From: Octopus vulgaris
Lineage: Eukaryota
DNA: 64,000 nt
Direction: 5' to 3'
Assembly (NCBI GenBank): GCA_951406725.2
Contig: OX597832.1
Location: 67,518,001-67,582,000, forward strand
Shown: piece after piece, positions 37,612-52,324 of the stretch
Numbering within the stretch: position 1 is the stretch's first letter
How the letters are laid out: the number at the start of each line of letters is the position of its first letter
Translations under genes and position numbers: made by a program
Notes under the pieces: model-generated
Seen by the model: the letters and a program-made list of their open reading frames with translations, nothing else
What the model was told of the DNA's origin: nothing
The model's database searches: none

Positions 37612-39625
37612 GGTACACGATATTAAGGTCGGTAAAACACCGAGTCATCGTCCAAGATCGTGGAACTTCTGTCTGAGAAGAACAAGTTCCACAATGTTGT
37701 TCCAGCCGATCCAGGCTCTGCAACTCTACAAAAGTGGAAGGATTATCATGCCACCGCACAACGCGTCATCAGAAATTCTCAAATCTTTTGGGGACTTTGA
37801 AAGGCGGAAAAAATTACATGTTTTGCAGACGATAAAAAATTTATGGAGTCTACGACCCCAGAGAAACTTCAGCCCAGTGAAATCGTCCCATTACTAAAAG
37901 AGAAAAATGTTATACTTCACAAATGGACCGAAACTTTTCAAGACCTGAATCAGATCAACCCCACGGACCCCAGCGAAGTTGAAGAAATTCCAGATCTTCC
38001 TATTCCGACAGAGCTTGACAACCGCGCAAGTTTTGATGACGTCCAACAGGCCATCAACGGTCTCCAAAACAAGCAGTACTCACGTGCCGATGGAATCCCA
38101 GTTGAGATTTACAAGTATGTTAGGCCTCATCTCATATCTCATCTTTACACTTTGTTCCTTCTCTGTTGGCAGGGGATGATAATACCTAACAGGTGAAAAC
38201 AGTTCAATATTGTCACAATCTAGAAGCACAAGGAAAACCGTGCAGAGTGCGACAACAGCAGGGGATTCTCTCTTTCTGGATAACATCACGAACGGCAGAG
38301 TGACCCGTTACGCTTCAAAGATCCAACAAAGGCGTTTGAAACGGTCAAGCGCCCTATGTTGTGGTGCCTGTTTCAGAAGTTTGGCTATCCATCAACAACA
38401 GCTCTCTGGTTCGTGCAGAAGTTTCCTGATGGTATGCAAGTGAGAGTGAAGCCTCGGAATCCTTTGATATCGAACCGGGAGTAAAACAGGAATACTCCCC
38501 TGCTCCTGCACCATTTAACATTTACCTGGTGGCTCTAACTTTTCTTTCCAGGAAGAAGACGGTATTTGTATCAAGTACCGCTCTAATAGAAGCCTGAAAA
38601 CCACATGAAAAATCATCTCGACCGAAGTATACGTTATTCACTTGGACGAAGTTTCAGCTGCACCATTTCACACCACCTATCCTTAACATATGATGAAGTC
38701 AATGAACAGTGCCTATTCTCAGCTTGGTCTTCAAGTGAATCATCGGAAAACTGAATTTCTTCAATCAGCTTTTCCATACTAACCTGCTCCTTATCCAATT
38801 CTTAATGATGATGCTACTCTACCGCAGGCAAACTCATTTTGATATTGTAGAAGCACAATCTCTCACACTGGGGCCCTTAACAGTGTGATACACTTGCGGA
38901 TCAACTTAGTTTCTGCATCTTTCTGGAGAATCAGCGAACGAGACTTTCAGAACAAGAACATTAGAGCCAGCACATAATCCCCGTATAACGAGATGTCTCA
39001 GTATCCCCTCCTCTTGTGTGGGTGGTCTGAGTACTGAACACTTTATCAGATCCAGATCACGCAACAGGAAGTTTTCCGTATTAGATGGAAGGAAAATATG
39101 CCTCATACCAAAATCTCCATGAGGGCTGGGATCTACAGCATTGAGGCCTGCGTCCCCGGTCATCTTTCACGCTGGATTGGCTATGTGATTAGGATGCCAG
39201 GTAACCGACTTGCAAAAGATAATTCTCTTCAGCGAGATCGCAACTTGAAGTAGACTTCATAGCCGACCAAAACTTAACTTTCATAATTATTTCAAGTAGT
39301 CTCTCATTTCATATGGTGCCCTTGGAAACCCTGGCTGTTCATCGCAAGGCATGGAAATCCGTGTTTGATGCTGGAGCAGATCTCTTTGTAACCGAACACA
39401 GGAAATTGCAAGAAGATAGGAGGTGACGTCTTCACCAGACCCCACATTTGTTGTTCAGAGTCACTTTCAGTATCCTCAATACCATAAGATCTGTCTCTCT
39501 CGTATCGGTCTTGTCAGCCATGTCCGCTCTGATTAGAAAAAAATGTACTGGAAGTGGAGGAGTATGAATATCTTGGATCGATGCTGTCATCATCTTTGAT
39601 GGGGTGTCATAAGTAAGTAAGTAAG
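37612..39625 (+). mobile_element. Heavily degraded RTE-clade LINE
   Basis: ADGIPVEIYK, ECDNSRGFSL, GVKQ-like motif, WIGYVIRMPGNRLAK; (TAAG)n tail at ~39609-39624. Confidence 0.8.
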
Positions 39626-40999
39626 CGGATATCATGATATAGTTTTCAGTCTAAATTGACATAACTTGATATACGGACACGCTTCAAGTGCTTTACAGAA
39701 GCACCTTTTGTGAATCAAGTAAAAGATAAAACTTAAAGACATATACACGTGAACAACTGGCTTCCACATAGCTTCCATTTAAAAAATTCACTCATATGAT
39801 ATTAGTCAGAACGGTGCCATTACAGGCACTTGCCCTCGGTTCCACGCATTGCATAAATTCTGAAGCCTTATGGTTGTAACTGGAGCTTTTTAAACAAACG
39901 GCCCTCGCCTCCTTTATATTTTGTCGAACAACTGAAAATTATTGTCAAATCAGGCGGAAAATCAATTGTTTATGCAGAGGCTTTTAATAGAGTTGTCATT
40001 TTGCAGATAAGACTGAACAGTAGCTGCTAGTCATTGCAAGTCTCCTACCTGCAATTAAGACTAGGCAACTAAGAACAAACTGGCCATCCACGTTCGGGGT
40101 AGACATTCTTCATAAAAGAGGCTGAATCGTCTTCCTTACTGTTGTAAATACCATCACCAATAATTGATGATGCTACATACAAAATAAAATTATACCATTT
40201 GCTGGAAGATAATTGTACGACGCCGGTAAAATATGATTGAGAGAAAATGCTTGCTAACTAAAGTAGGCCAGAAGCAAATTTTAGGAAATATAAATAATTC
40301 ATCGCTCATTTATACTCAAACAATTTGAGAACATTTAGAGTCGAGGCTGTGGTTCATGTATTTACTCATCATTCTGTATGTGGTTTTGTATTATTAACGC
40401 TAAGAAGATATGAAATAATTTACATAAAGATCAACAAACCGGTAGATACAGGTAAAGTAAGCAAGCGATTCAAATAGTGTCTATTTTATCTTAATTGTGT
40501 CCCATATCCTTAGGGATAAACAAGTAGTATTCAAATGCTACAGTGTGAATTAAAGGATATAGAACGTCGACAACGTATATAATAAAGTATTAGATAGAAT
40601 TGAATACTTATGCTACGGAGGCGTAAATACAAAATATGTATGGTAAATTGCACAACTGCGCACCTGAAAGCGCACACATATATATAAATACTAGTATTTC
40701 ACAAAAATAAATTGAGCAGAAAACGTTATACAAATATACATGTACAAATGTGTATATGTTAGTAAATTATGAATATAAAATCATCATATAAGCATACATA
40801 TGTATATTTATACACCCACACACATAAGTGCGGCGGCGGTAGATGTGTGGTAAGAAACTTGTTGCATATATATACGTGTGTTTGTGAGCGTATATAGGGA
40901 GGGGGAGTGCAGGTGTGCACGTACGCGTGTGTGTGTCCTTATATCTGTGCTTGTCAAAAACTGTTATGGGATCGAATATATATATATATATATATATTA

Positions 41000-41135
41000 T
41001 CTCTGTTTATTTTCTCGTGTTTCTTTCTGTTGAAGTGTGTAGGGCTCGAAACGTAAAATACTTTCTCACCTTCCCGAGCGTTAAACTAATCCACCTGTTT
41101 GTTGTTTATACAACTGTCTTCGTCTTTTGTTTTTA
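41000..41135 (+). mobile_element. Penelope-type short repeat with a decayed hammerhead motif
   Basis: CTTTCTGTTGAAGTGTGTAGGGCTCGAAACGTA; homologous to 46490-46650 on the minus strand. Confidence 0.55.
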
Positions 41136-41144
41136 GTAAATTCC

Positions 41145-41222
<78 letters not shown>

Positions 41223-41973
41223 GTGTGTGCGTGCGTATGTGTACGTTTGGACGTGTGCAGGTGCGTTTATGTATATACATACACGATATACATTCAAAAA
41301 TTAAATGGAATATAAAATGCTACACCAACTAATAGATGGGGTGTGCTGGCCTTTAGGCTCCAGTTTACGGGTCAAATTCGCCTTACAGTATAATACACGG
41401 TACATGACCAACTAAACGAACGAAACGTTACATTTCGGGATACGTCGCAATTTTAAAAGTGATGAATTTAAAAGTGAAACAAAAGATGGAAAAAACATTT
41501 TCACATAATTTTCTAGTGTAACAACAGGCCTAGAGAAATGATTACTAGCACACTATCAGATATCCAGCCAAGACAATTCAAACTACGGTAAAATTCCGTG
41601 CCAATTCTTTTGACTGATGAAGAAAAAGATAAACAAACCACAGTCACTCAGGAGCTGTGTGTTAGCGTGAATGCTGATAACATTCAGCAATACGATAGAA
41701 CAAAATGTTAGCTAACATAAAAATAGTCTCACAGTGATTCGGATAATTGCGACCGTAAGTAATAAACCGAGAGAAAAAAAATACAAGCCGAAAAGATACA
41801 TATGTCGAAGCGGCACAGTCTATCGATGGATAACTGCAACAAAATAATTCGATTGATAATTCGATTTCTCTTAATCGACGAATACCTATAGTGGACCACT
41901 ATAGTTAGAACTGGATAAAAGTAAATGCGTTCTCTGTGTTACAACTATATAAGTAATGTATACCGATATATTG

Positions 41974-42014
<41 letters not shown>

Positions 42015-42477
42015 CAGAAAGACAGACAGACAGACATACAGACAGACAAACAGACAGACAAACAGACAGGCAGGCAAACAGGTGGGAAATTTTAATATGG
42101 CATACTTGACGCTTGCGTATCGTTGAAAAGTGAGAGTTTCAGTCTGGAAGAAATACCTGAAGTGAAACGAGTAACTTTTATTGACAAGCAGCATTTGCGG
42201 TGACATGCGCACCTGATACTCTCGTAGATACTTCCGAGACGATTTCGTATTGCGAAGCTTCGAATTTTTTCTTTCTTTACTTTTTCCTTTAGTACAATAC
42301 GTCTGGAGAAAACAGCAGCGTCTGCTTTTCCAAACACGTACATGTCTCAAGTATATCATATAAATAAAAATTTCATTTTAGAGCAGTTTTTATTGCATAA
42401 TTTGACTGTACATATGCATTCATATATATTTATGTATATTTACGTACACTGCACACACACACACACACGCTAACAGA

Positions 42478-43893
42478 ATGAAACTTGGGACTTCTCGGTT
42501 TTCTGTGAATTGATTTCGATATCACATTTCCCAGCTGGCTTGCACACAATGACAGCACCATTGTTATGTTTTAATTATTCTGTGTAACGTTGTTTCTTTT
42601 TTTTATATTTCAAATTCTTCAGTTCTTGGGTGCACCACGCTAATAAATTTTTATTGAAAATAGCCTGGACTTTTTTTTTTCATAAAATGAAGGTTAATAG
42701 TACATATTAAGCATACATTGAGTATATTTTTAACAGAAAACCATAATGATAAAACATTTATTGATATAATGAATTATTTAACCACGTAACCGCAATTTCA
42801 ACGGATAACTTCAAAAGCTCTATTAGTCATGGGATGTGCAAACTTCTTAATTGTAGCAGGTTGGAATGTCTGTGCTGCAGCTTTGATGGTCGCCCATAAG
42901 ATATCTTTCGACGTAAATTGGCGTCCATCAGCATAAACATCTTTTTTAAAGATGGATTAAAGATTTTCATTAGGTTTGAGATCCGGAGATGCTGGCGACC
43001 ACAACATGAACCGTTCATGTTGTTTGCCGTAAGAGCTTAGTAATATTTGGGTTGTCCTAGCAGCGTGAGGGGGAAGGTTATCATGCATAAATACGAGATT
43101 ACTTACAAATGGCAGTGGTATGCCATCTAACCAAGGATCCAAGACCTCCTTCCGGATATTGCAGTCTGCGGTCACTTTAACCCCTTCAGACATCCTGACT
43201 GGGCCAACACATCTGTCGCCAATGCTATCAGCCACAACATGACTATTCCACCATATTGTTGACGTTGTAAACTCCGAAAGAGACCCAACCATTTGCCCAA
43301 TCGTCACGTCCGTCAAGGGTCGCCTTGGTTTCGTCAGTGAACAGAACACAACTCATGCGTAACGTCATTTATCTCTTCGTCCATTGAAGCCTCAAACTCC
43401 TGTGACGGAACGTTGAAGGAGGCAGTTTCATGATCCGAAGATGTGATTTCAGTACATTAAGAAGTCCGGAGGCGGTGAAAATGGCTTTGCTTCTTTGTCT
43501 AAGATTCACAAGTAATTTGAGGCCAAAGATCCTGAAATCACTAGCTGTCAGTCTTGGAGTTCCCACAATCGGATCATTTCTTCCTTGGTGAAGTGTTCTT
43601 CAGGAATCGTCTAATCGTGTCCACATGACGACGTAATTTCTCCTTAATGACATGAAGACAGGTGCTTTACCACTTTTTTCATCGTTAAGGCCTTTTCCAT
43701 GGCGCATTGTACTTAGAGACGAGGGACGCTATTAATGTGGTTTACACAAAAACTGAAGATTCAGAAGTAAAAAAGAAAGGATGTTACACAGAATAGTGAA
43801 AACATAATAATAGGGTTGCCATAGTGTTCAATCCAGCTGGGAAATGTGTTATTAAATTTGATTCGTAGAAAACCGAGAAATCCGAAATTTCAA
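42478..43893 (-). mobile_element. Tc1-like DNA transposon with ~165-bp inverted repeats, inactive
   Basis: IRs at 42478-42645 and 43731-43893. Transposase traces VLFTDETKATLDG, VFMHDNLPPH, WSPASPDLKPNENL (DD34E-type). Confidence 0.88.
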
Positions 43894-43912
43894 TCCTAAC
43901 CTATTAGGGTGG

Positions 43913-43957
<45 letters not shown>

Positions 43958-43964
43958 TAAATGC

Positions 43965-44370
43965 ATATTCTTTTATTCGTTCGCTTCCTTTAGTCATGTG
44001 ATTGCGGCCATGATTTTGTTCCGCCTTAAAGGGTCTAGTCGAAGAAATCGACGCCAGAACATATTCTATATAGGCCTAGTACTTATTCTAGCGGTTTCTT
44101 TTGCCGAACATGCTAAGTTACGGGGACGTAAACACACCAACATCGGTGTCAAGTAATTCTTGGGGAAGAAACAGACACAAAGACACTAAAATACCTATAC
44201 ATATATACGACGGGCTTCTTTCAGTTATGCCTAGAAAATCCACTCACAAGTTTTCGGTTGACGCGAGGCTAAAGTAGAAGACACTTGCCGAAGGTGCCAC
44301 GCAGTGGGAGTGAACATAGAACAATGTGGTTATGAAGCAAGCTCCTTACAACTGAGCGAAGCATGCGCCT
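43965..44370 (-). mobile_element. tRNA-derived SINE, near full length
   Basis: Colinear with the split copy at 19455-21827. Confidence 0.85.
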
Positions 44371-44451
44371 ATATATATATTAATGTATGTATACATGTAT
44401 ACAGGTGCATACATATATATGTATAATTATGTATATGGGTATGTGTATGTG

Positions 44452-44502
<51 letters not shown>

Positions 44503-44645
44503 ATATATATATATACATATGTAGATATAGATATGTGCATATATACAACCATACATATTTATGTGTATGCATAAATATACAAATATATTCAAATATATGT
44601 GTGTATGTGTATGTTTGTAGATGAATAGAAATACAGACAGCCACG

Positions 44646-44777
<132 letters not shown>

Positions 44778-45536
44778 CAGGTAGATAGATTCCTGAACTG
44801 TCTGGTAATATTCTGTCAATCTATTCTTCTTTTGCTCTTTGAAACCTAACAATCGCTTCGTTGTATTCTTCGACAAAACACTTATTTGTAAACGTTTCAT
44901 TAGCAGTAGCAATCTAGTTGGGATAAGCACCAGGTTATTGTTGGAATCTTGGCGAGATTAAAGATGAACGGTTGTTACTATGGAATACATTTGCCATCCG
45001 CTTAACGTCATACAACAAAAGCAACCAACATAAGCTTTTAAATTCCTTTCTACAGCTCAGAGTACATTCCGATTCCCCTGACATTTAAAGGTGCGTAAGT
45101 GGAACTGTGTATAATCTTGCACGGAAATATAATTCAACGCTTGTATCGATCGAAGAATATACTGAAGTCTTTTTACAAGATATAATGTATACTACTATTT
45201 TGTGTGTCCATCTGTTAATAACTATTCTAGCCTCAAGATATCTTAACTATGTAAAGCTATTTGCTGCAATATATCACCACGTTAGTACTATTAATAATAT
45301 GTATGTAGTTGGCACATTACAACTACATTAAAAAATTTCATTGCTAAATGTTACCAGCTTCCACTATATACATGTGTATAGTGAGTCAAACACACTTGAA
45401 TGTCTGGGAGTCAGTGTGTGCATGGTAGTCTCTACATGCATGTGTGTGTGTATGTTCTGTATATGTGTGTATATGTGTGTGCATACATGGAGATATTTAT
45501 GTACACCTCATATACATATGTGGTATATATATACGT

Positions 45537-45571
<35 letters not shown>

Positions 45572-45707
45572 TGAGAGAGTGAGAGAGAGATGCATAGGTA
45601 CATACATATATATGTATGTATAATTATGTATATGTGTATGTGTGTGTGAGAGAGATGTATAGGTACATACATATATATATATGTATAATTATGTGTATGT
45701 GTATGTG

Positions 45708-45758
<51 letters not shown>

Positions 45759-45764
45759 ATTTTA

Positions 45765-46430
45765 TGTCAGATCACTTTCGAGTGCTACTGGTAACATGTA
45801 ACCCAGTACAACCTGTTGCATGGTCGGATCGTCGGCGACTAAACCGGCAACCCCACCAAGCTTGCTTGATGAGGAAGGTGATTATTGGATACCCTGCTTG
45901 ATGAAAAACAAAACTCGTCAAAGGGCGGAGGAATTCTTGAGAGTCAACGGCCATCCGATAAATGTGTATTTTTTTCTCTAAGGCTTAAGGCTGTATCATG
46001 CGCGGGGACATAGAAATAATCGAACTGAATACCCGATCGTGCAGTTAAACCATTGGGAGTGAAGGACTCCTAGCCTTTGTTAGGGCATCCTTCTAGGAGA
46101 AGGTAACTCAGGTAACTGGGATAACTCCGACATAAACCCTGCGGCTCAGAGGTTACCGATGATGTTGACTTGTTCTTCTTTTAGGATTATGGCTGCTGTT
46201 GCTTAGTGGGATTGACTCAGTGCACAGCCTTTCCTCACTTTAAAAAAATCTTCTTGCACAGGCATTGCACGATAACAACATTGATCATGATTGTTGATGG
46301 TGCTGTGAGTCTCAACTGAATTGCTGGCTGTAGCCTTAAAAAGCAAATAAAAGTCACATTCGATGACAGCACCAATAACAGTTAAGCTTCGTGCAATGGC
46401 CATACTCGATAAGGAAGGGGCAGCCATTAT
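45765..46430 (+). mobile_element. Non-coding repeat resembling an RTE 5' UTR-derived non-autonomous element
   Basis: CCTTTGTTAGGGCATCCTTCTAGGAGAAGGTAACTC resembles RTE 5' UTR motifs; the end GGAAGGGGCAGCCATTAT resembles the RTE tail at ~21505-21520. Confidence 0.45.
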
Positions 46431-46431
46431 G

Positions 46432-46478
<47 letters not shown>

Positions 46479-46574
46479 CGGGAAGCTTTATGAAAATAAA
46501 CAAAAGACGAAGGCAGGTGGAGTACAAACAAACAATTGTATTAGTATGGCGCTCAGGAATATAAATAAAACAAA

Positions 46575-46612
46575 TGTTTTACGTTTCGAGCCTACGCTCT
46601 TCAACAGAAAGA
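46575..46612 (-). ncRNA. Minimal hammerhead-like motif (Penelope-type repeat)
   Basis: Minus strand TTGAAGA-GCGTAGGCTC-GAAAC-GTA with palindromic ACGT stem III. Confidence 0.5.
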
Positions 46613-48251
46613 TACACAGAAAAGAAACACGGAGAGAAACAAGGAGAGAAAAAAATGCGTGCAGAAGCTAGCGATTCAACATGGCGATATGTATACAATG
46701 AGCGGATGAGAGAGAGAGAGTGAGGGAATGTTGTAGGTTTCCCGCTAAAACGGCCCGAGTTTCATTACTCAAGATTTTCGTCCTGCTTAAATGATATATA
46801 AATAAGTGGAACAATCTCCTCCTTGAGAAGGGGGTGAAAATTTGTAGAATATTTAACTTCCCTCGGCTGCTGACAGACGTTTTTAGCTGTGTAGACAGGA
46901 ACAAAGCGCACCGGAGAGTTATGCTCAAGAAAGCTTTTACTATACAATCTGGGAATCGGAACCATTACCTTATTCCAAAATACTTTACATTCGTTCCGTA
47001 ATATTGTTTTGTATGTTAAATTCTCTTACTATTTCAGCACTGAAAGTCTATTCACTCGAAGAAGTAACCATTTTGTTGAAATAATAGTCTCAAATATCTT
47101 CATAGTAAACCGCAATGAATTAGACTGAGCACAATACATTGTATAACAAAATTCTACATGAATTCAGCATACTTTTCTTTTTCTACACAATTGCTAGACA
47201 CATTATTTACATAGAAATTGGAAGAATAATAAACATGAAATCCTGCATTACTTGATGGAGCTACATTTTTCTAACGCCCTCATGCTTTCATGTTTCATAG
47301 TTATTGTCATTTCAGGAAGAATCTCAAAACCACATGTATACTCTCTTAGACCAATATTCAAAAGACACTTCTTCAAATACGGAGCTCTGACGAGCATAAT
47401 GAACACATACAAACAGAAATATGAGCTCCGTTCTTAAACTGATGACCCCGTGATATTTTGCACATCACTGTGAGTATATACTGAATGATATATGTAAGAA
47501 AATGAGAGGAGGCTGTCACGTTTCCCTTGAAGTGAATTAGTACTGGATGTCAGACTGTTGTGTGTACCATTCCGTTAGCTGGAGACACGTCAGAGCAGAG
47601 AATCTGTCTTGATACAGGCTTCATTATTCAACAAACTTTCTGCGTACCAGAGAACTACTGGATCAGAGGTAACCTGTGGCATCACAACAACAACAACAAC
47701 ACTAATGTATTACAAATGTTGGTTTTTATCTTCAACTAGGAAGAACTATGCTGGTAGGGAATACAATTCCTTTCGTGTAAAGAAACACATTTCATTTTTC
47801 TCAGGAGAAATCAGAAAATATAAATATATGAAAACAAATTTAGTACAAATCATATATAAAATTCACATTGTTGAAACTTTTAATATATTTAAAACTCAAC
47901 AAATTTTATTATATTTTCCTCTCTTTTTTAATATGTATTTCATTTATTTCGTGTTATATGATTCTACATTTAAAGGTATGTATTCTATTTGTTACTCTTG
48001 CTTTATGTAATGTTATTTTATTCAATCAAAAACCAGATTAATACAATTTATCTAAATATACTTTCATCGGTGTACCATAAGTCTCACACGTTCACCTTTA
48101 GAGTTTTAGATATTAAATATATTTTAATAGGCAAAACAAAATTATTCAACAAAAAGTAATGTTTACTGGAATAGCAGTAAAATTAAAACAAAAATTACTA
48201 TAATTTAATCTTAGGAAAATATACACTGCAGGTAATAGGATACATATTGTG

Positions 48252-48296
<45 letters not shown>

Positions 48297-48577
48297 TATG
48301 TATATGTCTCTGTATGTATGCATGTGTATGCCTAAGTATAAACATGCATCTATATATATATATATATATATATAGACAGAGAGACAGAGAAGAGAGAAGA
48401 GAGAGAGAATATGATATATAGATATACATGCGTACATATAAGCATGTGTTTTTCATACATTTCACACCTATCGCCGGTTTCAAACTATCTATGTTCGCCT
48501 AAATATTAATGTACAAAGTAAAATAGTCCCAAACACACGCAAATATATTTATAATATAGAATATATGCATATAAGAT

Positions 48578-48633
<56 letters not shown>

Positions 48634-48769
48634 TGTGTGTGTGTGTGCGTGTGTGTATGCATTTACCTAATTTATCTTCGTGTACATATACACTTAAACG
48701 CATATATACATGCATACCGAGAATGATTGTATTATCACTGATAAAATACAGTATCGCAATGTTAGATTC

Positions 48770-50210
48770 CATGGTGTCGGCCTCTCTTTGATGCTTTATG
48801 TAAACCTATTGCCATTCATCTTGAGTGCAAAGAGAGTCTCACTGAGTCACCAGGAAACAAAAGTAACAAAATTATACATTGCTTCTTTCTGGATAACTTG
48901 AAACTGTTTTTGGAGAGTGAGCATTAAATGAAAAAAAAAAAAGCCTGAACTGCCTACAATATTCTCAATGGATATAAGGTTGGAGTTTGGCCAGGATAAG
49001 TGTTGCTATATGGTTGTGGAAAGAGAGAAAACTGAAACCCAGGTTAGCAGCTTATCCATCATTGACATAACTTTTTTCTCTTATATCTGATGAGGAGATT
49101 CACCGATACGTATGGGACGATGAAAACATATCTTACGATGATACCTATAGCGAGACACGTGTCACAAACGAATATTGCAACCGCATAACAAAAATATGGA
49201 CTCTGAACACTCAGCATTAAATAAAACAGTAGGCGACTACCTGTTTGCAGTAATAGTAGTCATACCAACATTTGGTCTACTTGATTGGACTCTTGATGGG
49301 TAAATCCGGAAAATACTGACCAGCGGACATAGCTTTCACATGAACAGTGACGTTACTGCCTCTACTTGAAACGAAAACAAGGAGGCAGAGATTTCACATC
49401 GATCGAGACTCTCTTTAAATATCGTATTATATGCCTTCGGCAACATCTTTGAATCACCAAATGTCGAAGTGCATCCTTTGCCCAAGTTTGCATACATGCG
49501 ATACATAGCTTCATGTGACTTGGAAAACAACTCCCCGAGCGACATGCATTGCCTCATAACCTTGAATGCACGCCCAAAGAAGTTGCATGACTCAACCGCA
49601 ACTTATCAGATGAAAGGATGAGCGTATATCAACAGAAGATAATACAGGGATATGCAACACATGGTATAATTATAAACAGGGGAAATTTTAGCCATTTCTC
49701 CGCAGACTGAAAAAAATGATGAACAACCTTAATTAATTTTGAACCTTATAGGGTTCTCATCACAGGCGTCCACATCATTCTGGCAGTCTCCACAGAAACA
49801 AGTAGCCAAACTATATGTTAGCAGAAAGCTCGGGGACGATAGAAACATTGCTAACGAAAGCAGTCTATCATGGACCAACAACCGAATTACGAACTCCCAC
49901 TTTGAAGGATATGCATTTGCTATCCAGGAACAGGGAATATCTGAACCATAAAAAGGCACAGAGATGCAGGAAAAAGCCTAAATGTGATAACCAGTGTAGA
50001 CTTTGTGTAATTAACACTGAAGATATCATCCATATCATAAGTAGTTGTCCAAAAATATCAACGCGGTATTATCTACCAATGAGACATGATTTTGTAACCA
50101 AGACATTGTATGATGAGATTCATCGGCAGAAAAATATTGAGGCCAATTACAAAATAACAAACGTTATGGTAGCGATCACGGTCACTCATAAAATGAAAGA
50201 GTATCCCAGT
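48770..50210 (+). mobile_element. Degraded R4/Dong-like LINE
   Basis: DIRLEFGQDKC, SHFEGYAFAIQEQ, QCRLC...EDIIHIISSCPKIS..YYLPMRHD (CCHC knuckle). Confidence 0.8.
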
Positions 50211-50324
50211 GAAAATCTCAACATTGGATGTTACATATATTTTGTTGTCATTGTTGGTATTATAATTGTTTTGGAGTTACTCTCCAAATGAACACTAGAC
50301 GAGATAGTTTATGAATATAACAGC

Positions 50325-50640
50325 AAGCAAGGCTGTGTGTTAAGAAGCTTGCTTCTCAATCATATAGCTCCAGATTTAGTCCCACAGCATAGAACCTTCA
50401 GCGAGTGTCTTCTACTATAGCATGGGGCCGACCGAAGCGCTGTGAGTAGATTTGGTAGGCTGAAACTGAAAGAAGCTTGTCGTATATATGTGTGTGTTTG
50501 AGTGTGTATGTGTGTGTGTGTTAGCAGTTCATCAGAAAAAGTACCAAGTTTAAGTTTATAAATACTTGGGTCGATTTATTCGGATAAAATTCTTTCAAGG
50601 CAGTGCACTATCCGGGCAGTTCGATTGTTGAAGAATCAAA
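50325..50640 (+). mobile_element. Degenerate tRNA-derived SINE
   Basis: GGCTGTGTGTTAAGAAGCTTGCTT...GTGTCTTCTACTATAG...GAAACTGAAAGAAGC. Confidence 0.7.
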
Positions 50641-52324
50641 GAAAATCGATGGCAAAAGAAGAATGAAGGCCCAATGCAATGCAAAGACGTAATTGTATTG
50701 TTGACAGACTAGGTTTGTAAAGGGGCTAGATGGGGAAGTGGGAGGGATTAACGTAAGGGAGTTTTACATTAGATAAATAAGATAAATGGAGTCTAAAGCC
50801 CTTTAGGGCAATGGATGTGATATAGAAGTCGATACGGGAGGAGTCAAACTTCAACTGATCAGAGATGCGTTAATTATACAAGACTAATATTATTAATATT
50901 TCTGAAAGAACAAGTTAATTGGCAATACATAAAAAGTAGATGAGAATGTAAGTTTTATTAGGTTAAAGTAGAGCGAATTATAACACATAGAGACGAATGA
51001 GTTAAGAAATAATAACTACTGTAATAAATGATAGAATAAAATAAATAAACAAAAAAGGTGAGTAAAAAAATTCTTGTAAGGTAAATTATAAACATAGTTT
51101 TATTGGTGTATGATTATAATAGGTGCTAAGTAAATTGTAAGAAAGTTGAGGTGCGGAAACGTGAATTAATGGAAGAGTATATTCCATAAATTAATTAAAA
51201 TAAAGAAATATGATGATGAAGTAGATTTAGTAGCCTGATTGAAATTTAATTTACACCCTATCATAACAAAACATCCATGAAAATAAGTGTTAGGTTGTTA
51301 TAAAGAAACAGTGGTTTACAGCATTAGGTCTTGTGGTAAAATCTAATAGATGTGACAAATCAGTGGACACTAAAGGAAAAAGCTTGACGTTTGTTACTTA
51401 ATTATTGTGATGCGAATGGGTAGGTATTACATTAGGTATAATCCAGGTGATAGATTTGAATCAATGGAGGGGAGAGAGGGGAAAGAATCTATAAAAAGTA
51501 AATAAAGACAATAGAAGAAACAAATACGACGACAAGCTAATAAAGTAAGCAATAAACCTTATGACATATCTGAACTGCATATCAAAGAAAATATATTGGT
51601 AGGTAATTATATATGGGTAGTTGTCCTACAGCATCTGGACTTGTGGTAAAATCTGACGATGGGAGAATCTCCCGTGATACTGCTTTATGTATCCTGGTTT
51701 ATGGAAGAGTGTATGGAGAGATTCTTTGAAAGGTAACCTAAACGGAGCGTTTTGCCCTATGCATTGACCAGAGTCAATAATGGACCAAGTTACATGGTGT
51801 GGTGAGATTTTTCCTTAAGAAATGTAAATGTTCTGCGAAAGAAGTCGGTTTACTATGTTTCATGACTGAAGGAGGTTAAATGCGCTGTAATATTGGTGGA
51901 GTTTTGAAGTCCCAAGTACTGAGCACTTATACATAACATTAAATATTTTGCAGTGACATTATTTTTGTCCCAAATTTTGTGTTACATCGGGATCTATTCA
52001 GCTCATTAGTCTTTCTGTTCATACATTTTATAATTAGTATAATGATAAAATGTATGATTAAGTTAGGGCGATATGATTTTCACTCCGCGTATGCACAATT
52101 TTCAATATCATCAATGTCATGACTACATGTATTGATGCTTGGTGACCGGTACTTACCAGGAGAACGTCGTTTCGCTAAAGTCCACCGTGGATTGCAGGGA
52201 AGAATACTCGAAGTTCGTGCAGGGGATACTGCTAGAGAAGGTGTGTGATGAGTGGACACTGAGGAATTTATGGTTATGTCGAAAAGATCATTATTAATAA
52301 CAACAAGAATTGTACTTGATTCAG

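Noticed and set aside
40048-40174. Minus-strand candidate exon (MSTPNVDGQFVLSCLVLIA G|GT) possibly splicing to an acceptor at ~29736
   Set aside because: The joined frame stops after ~40 codons and resembles no known protein; such splice motifs are common by chance.
47579-47668. Candidate plus-strand 90-nt exon (AG...GAG|GTAACC)
   Set aside because: Weak acceptor and unrecognisable peptide in both open frames.
50690-52150. Possible ancient LINE on the minus strand
   Set aside because: Only a faint HKPG-like trace; no ordered RT motifs could be read.
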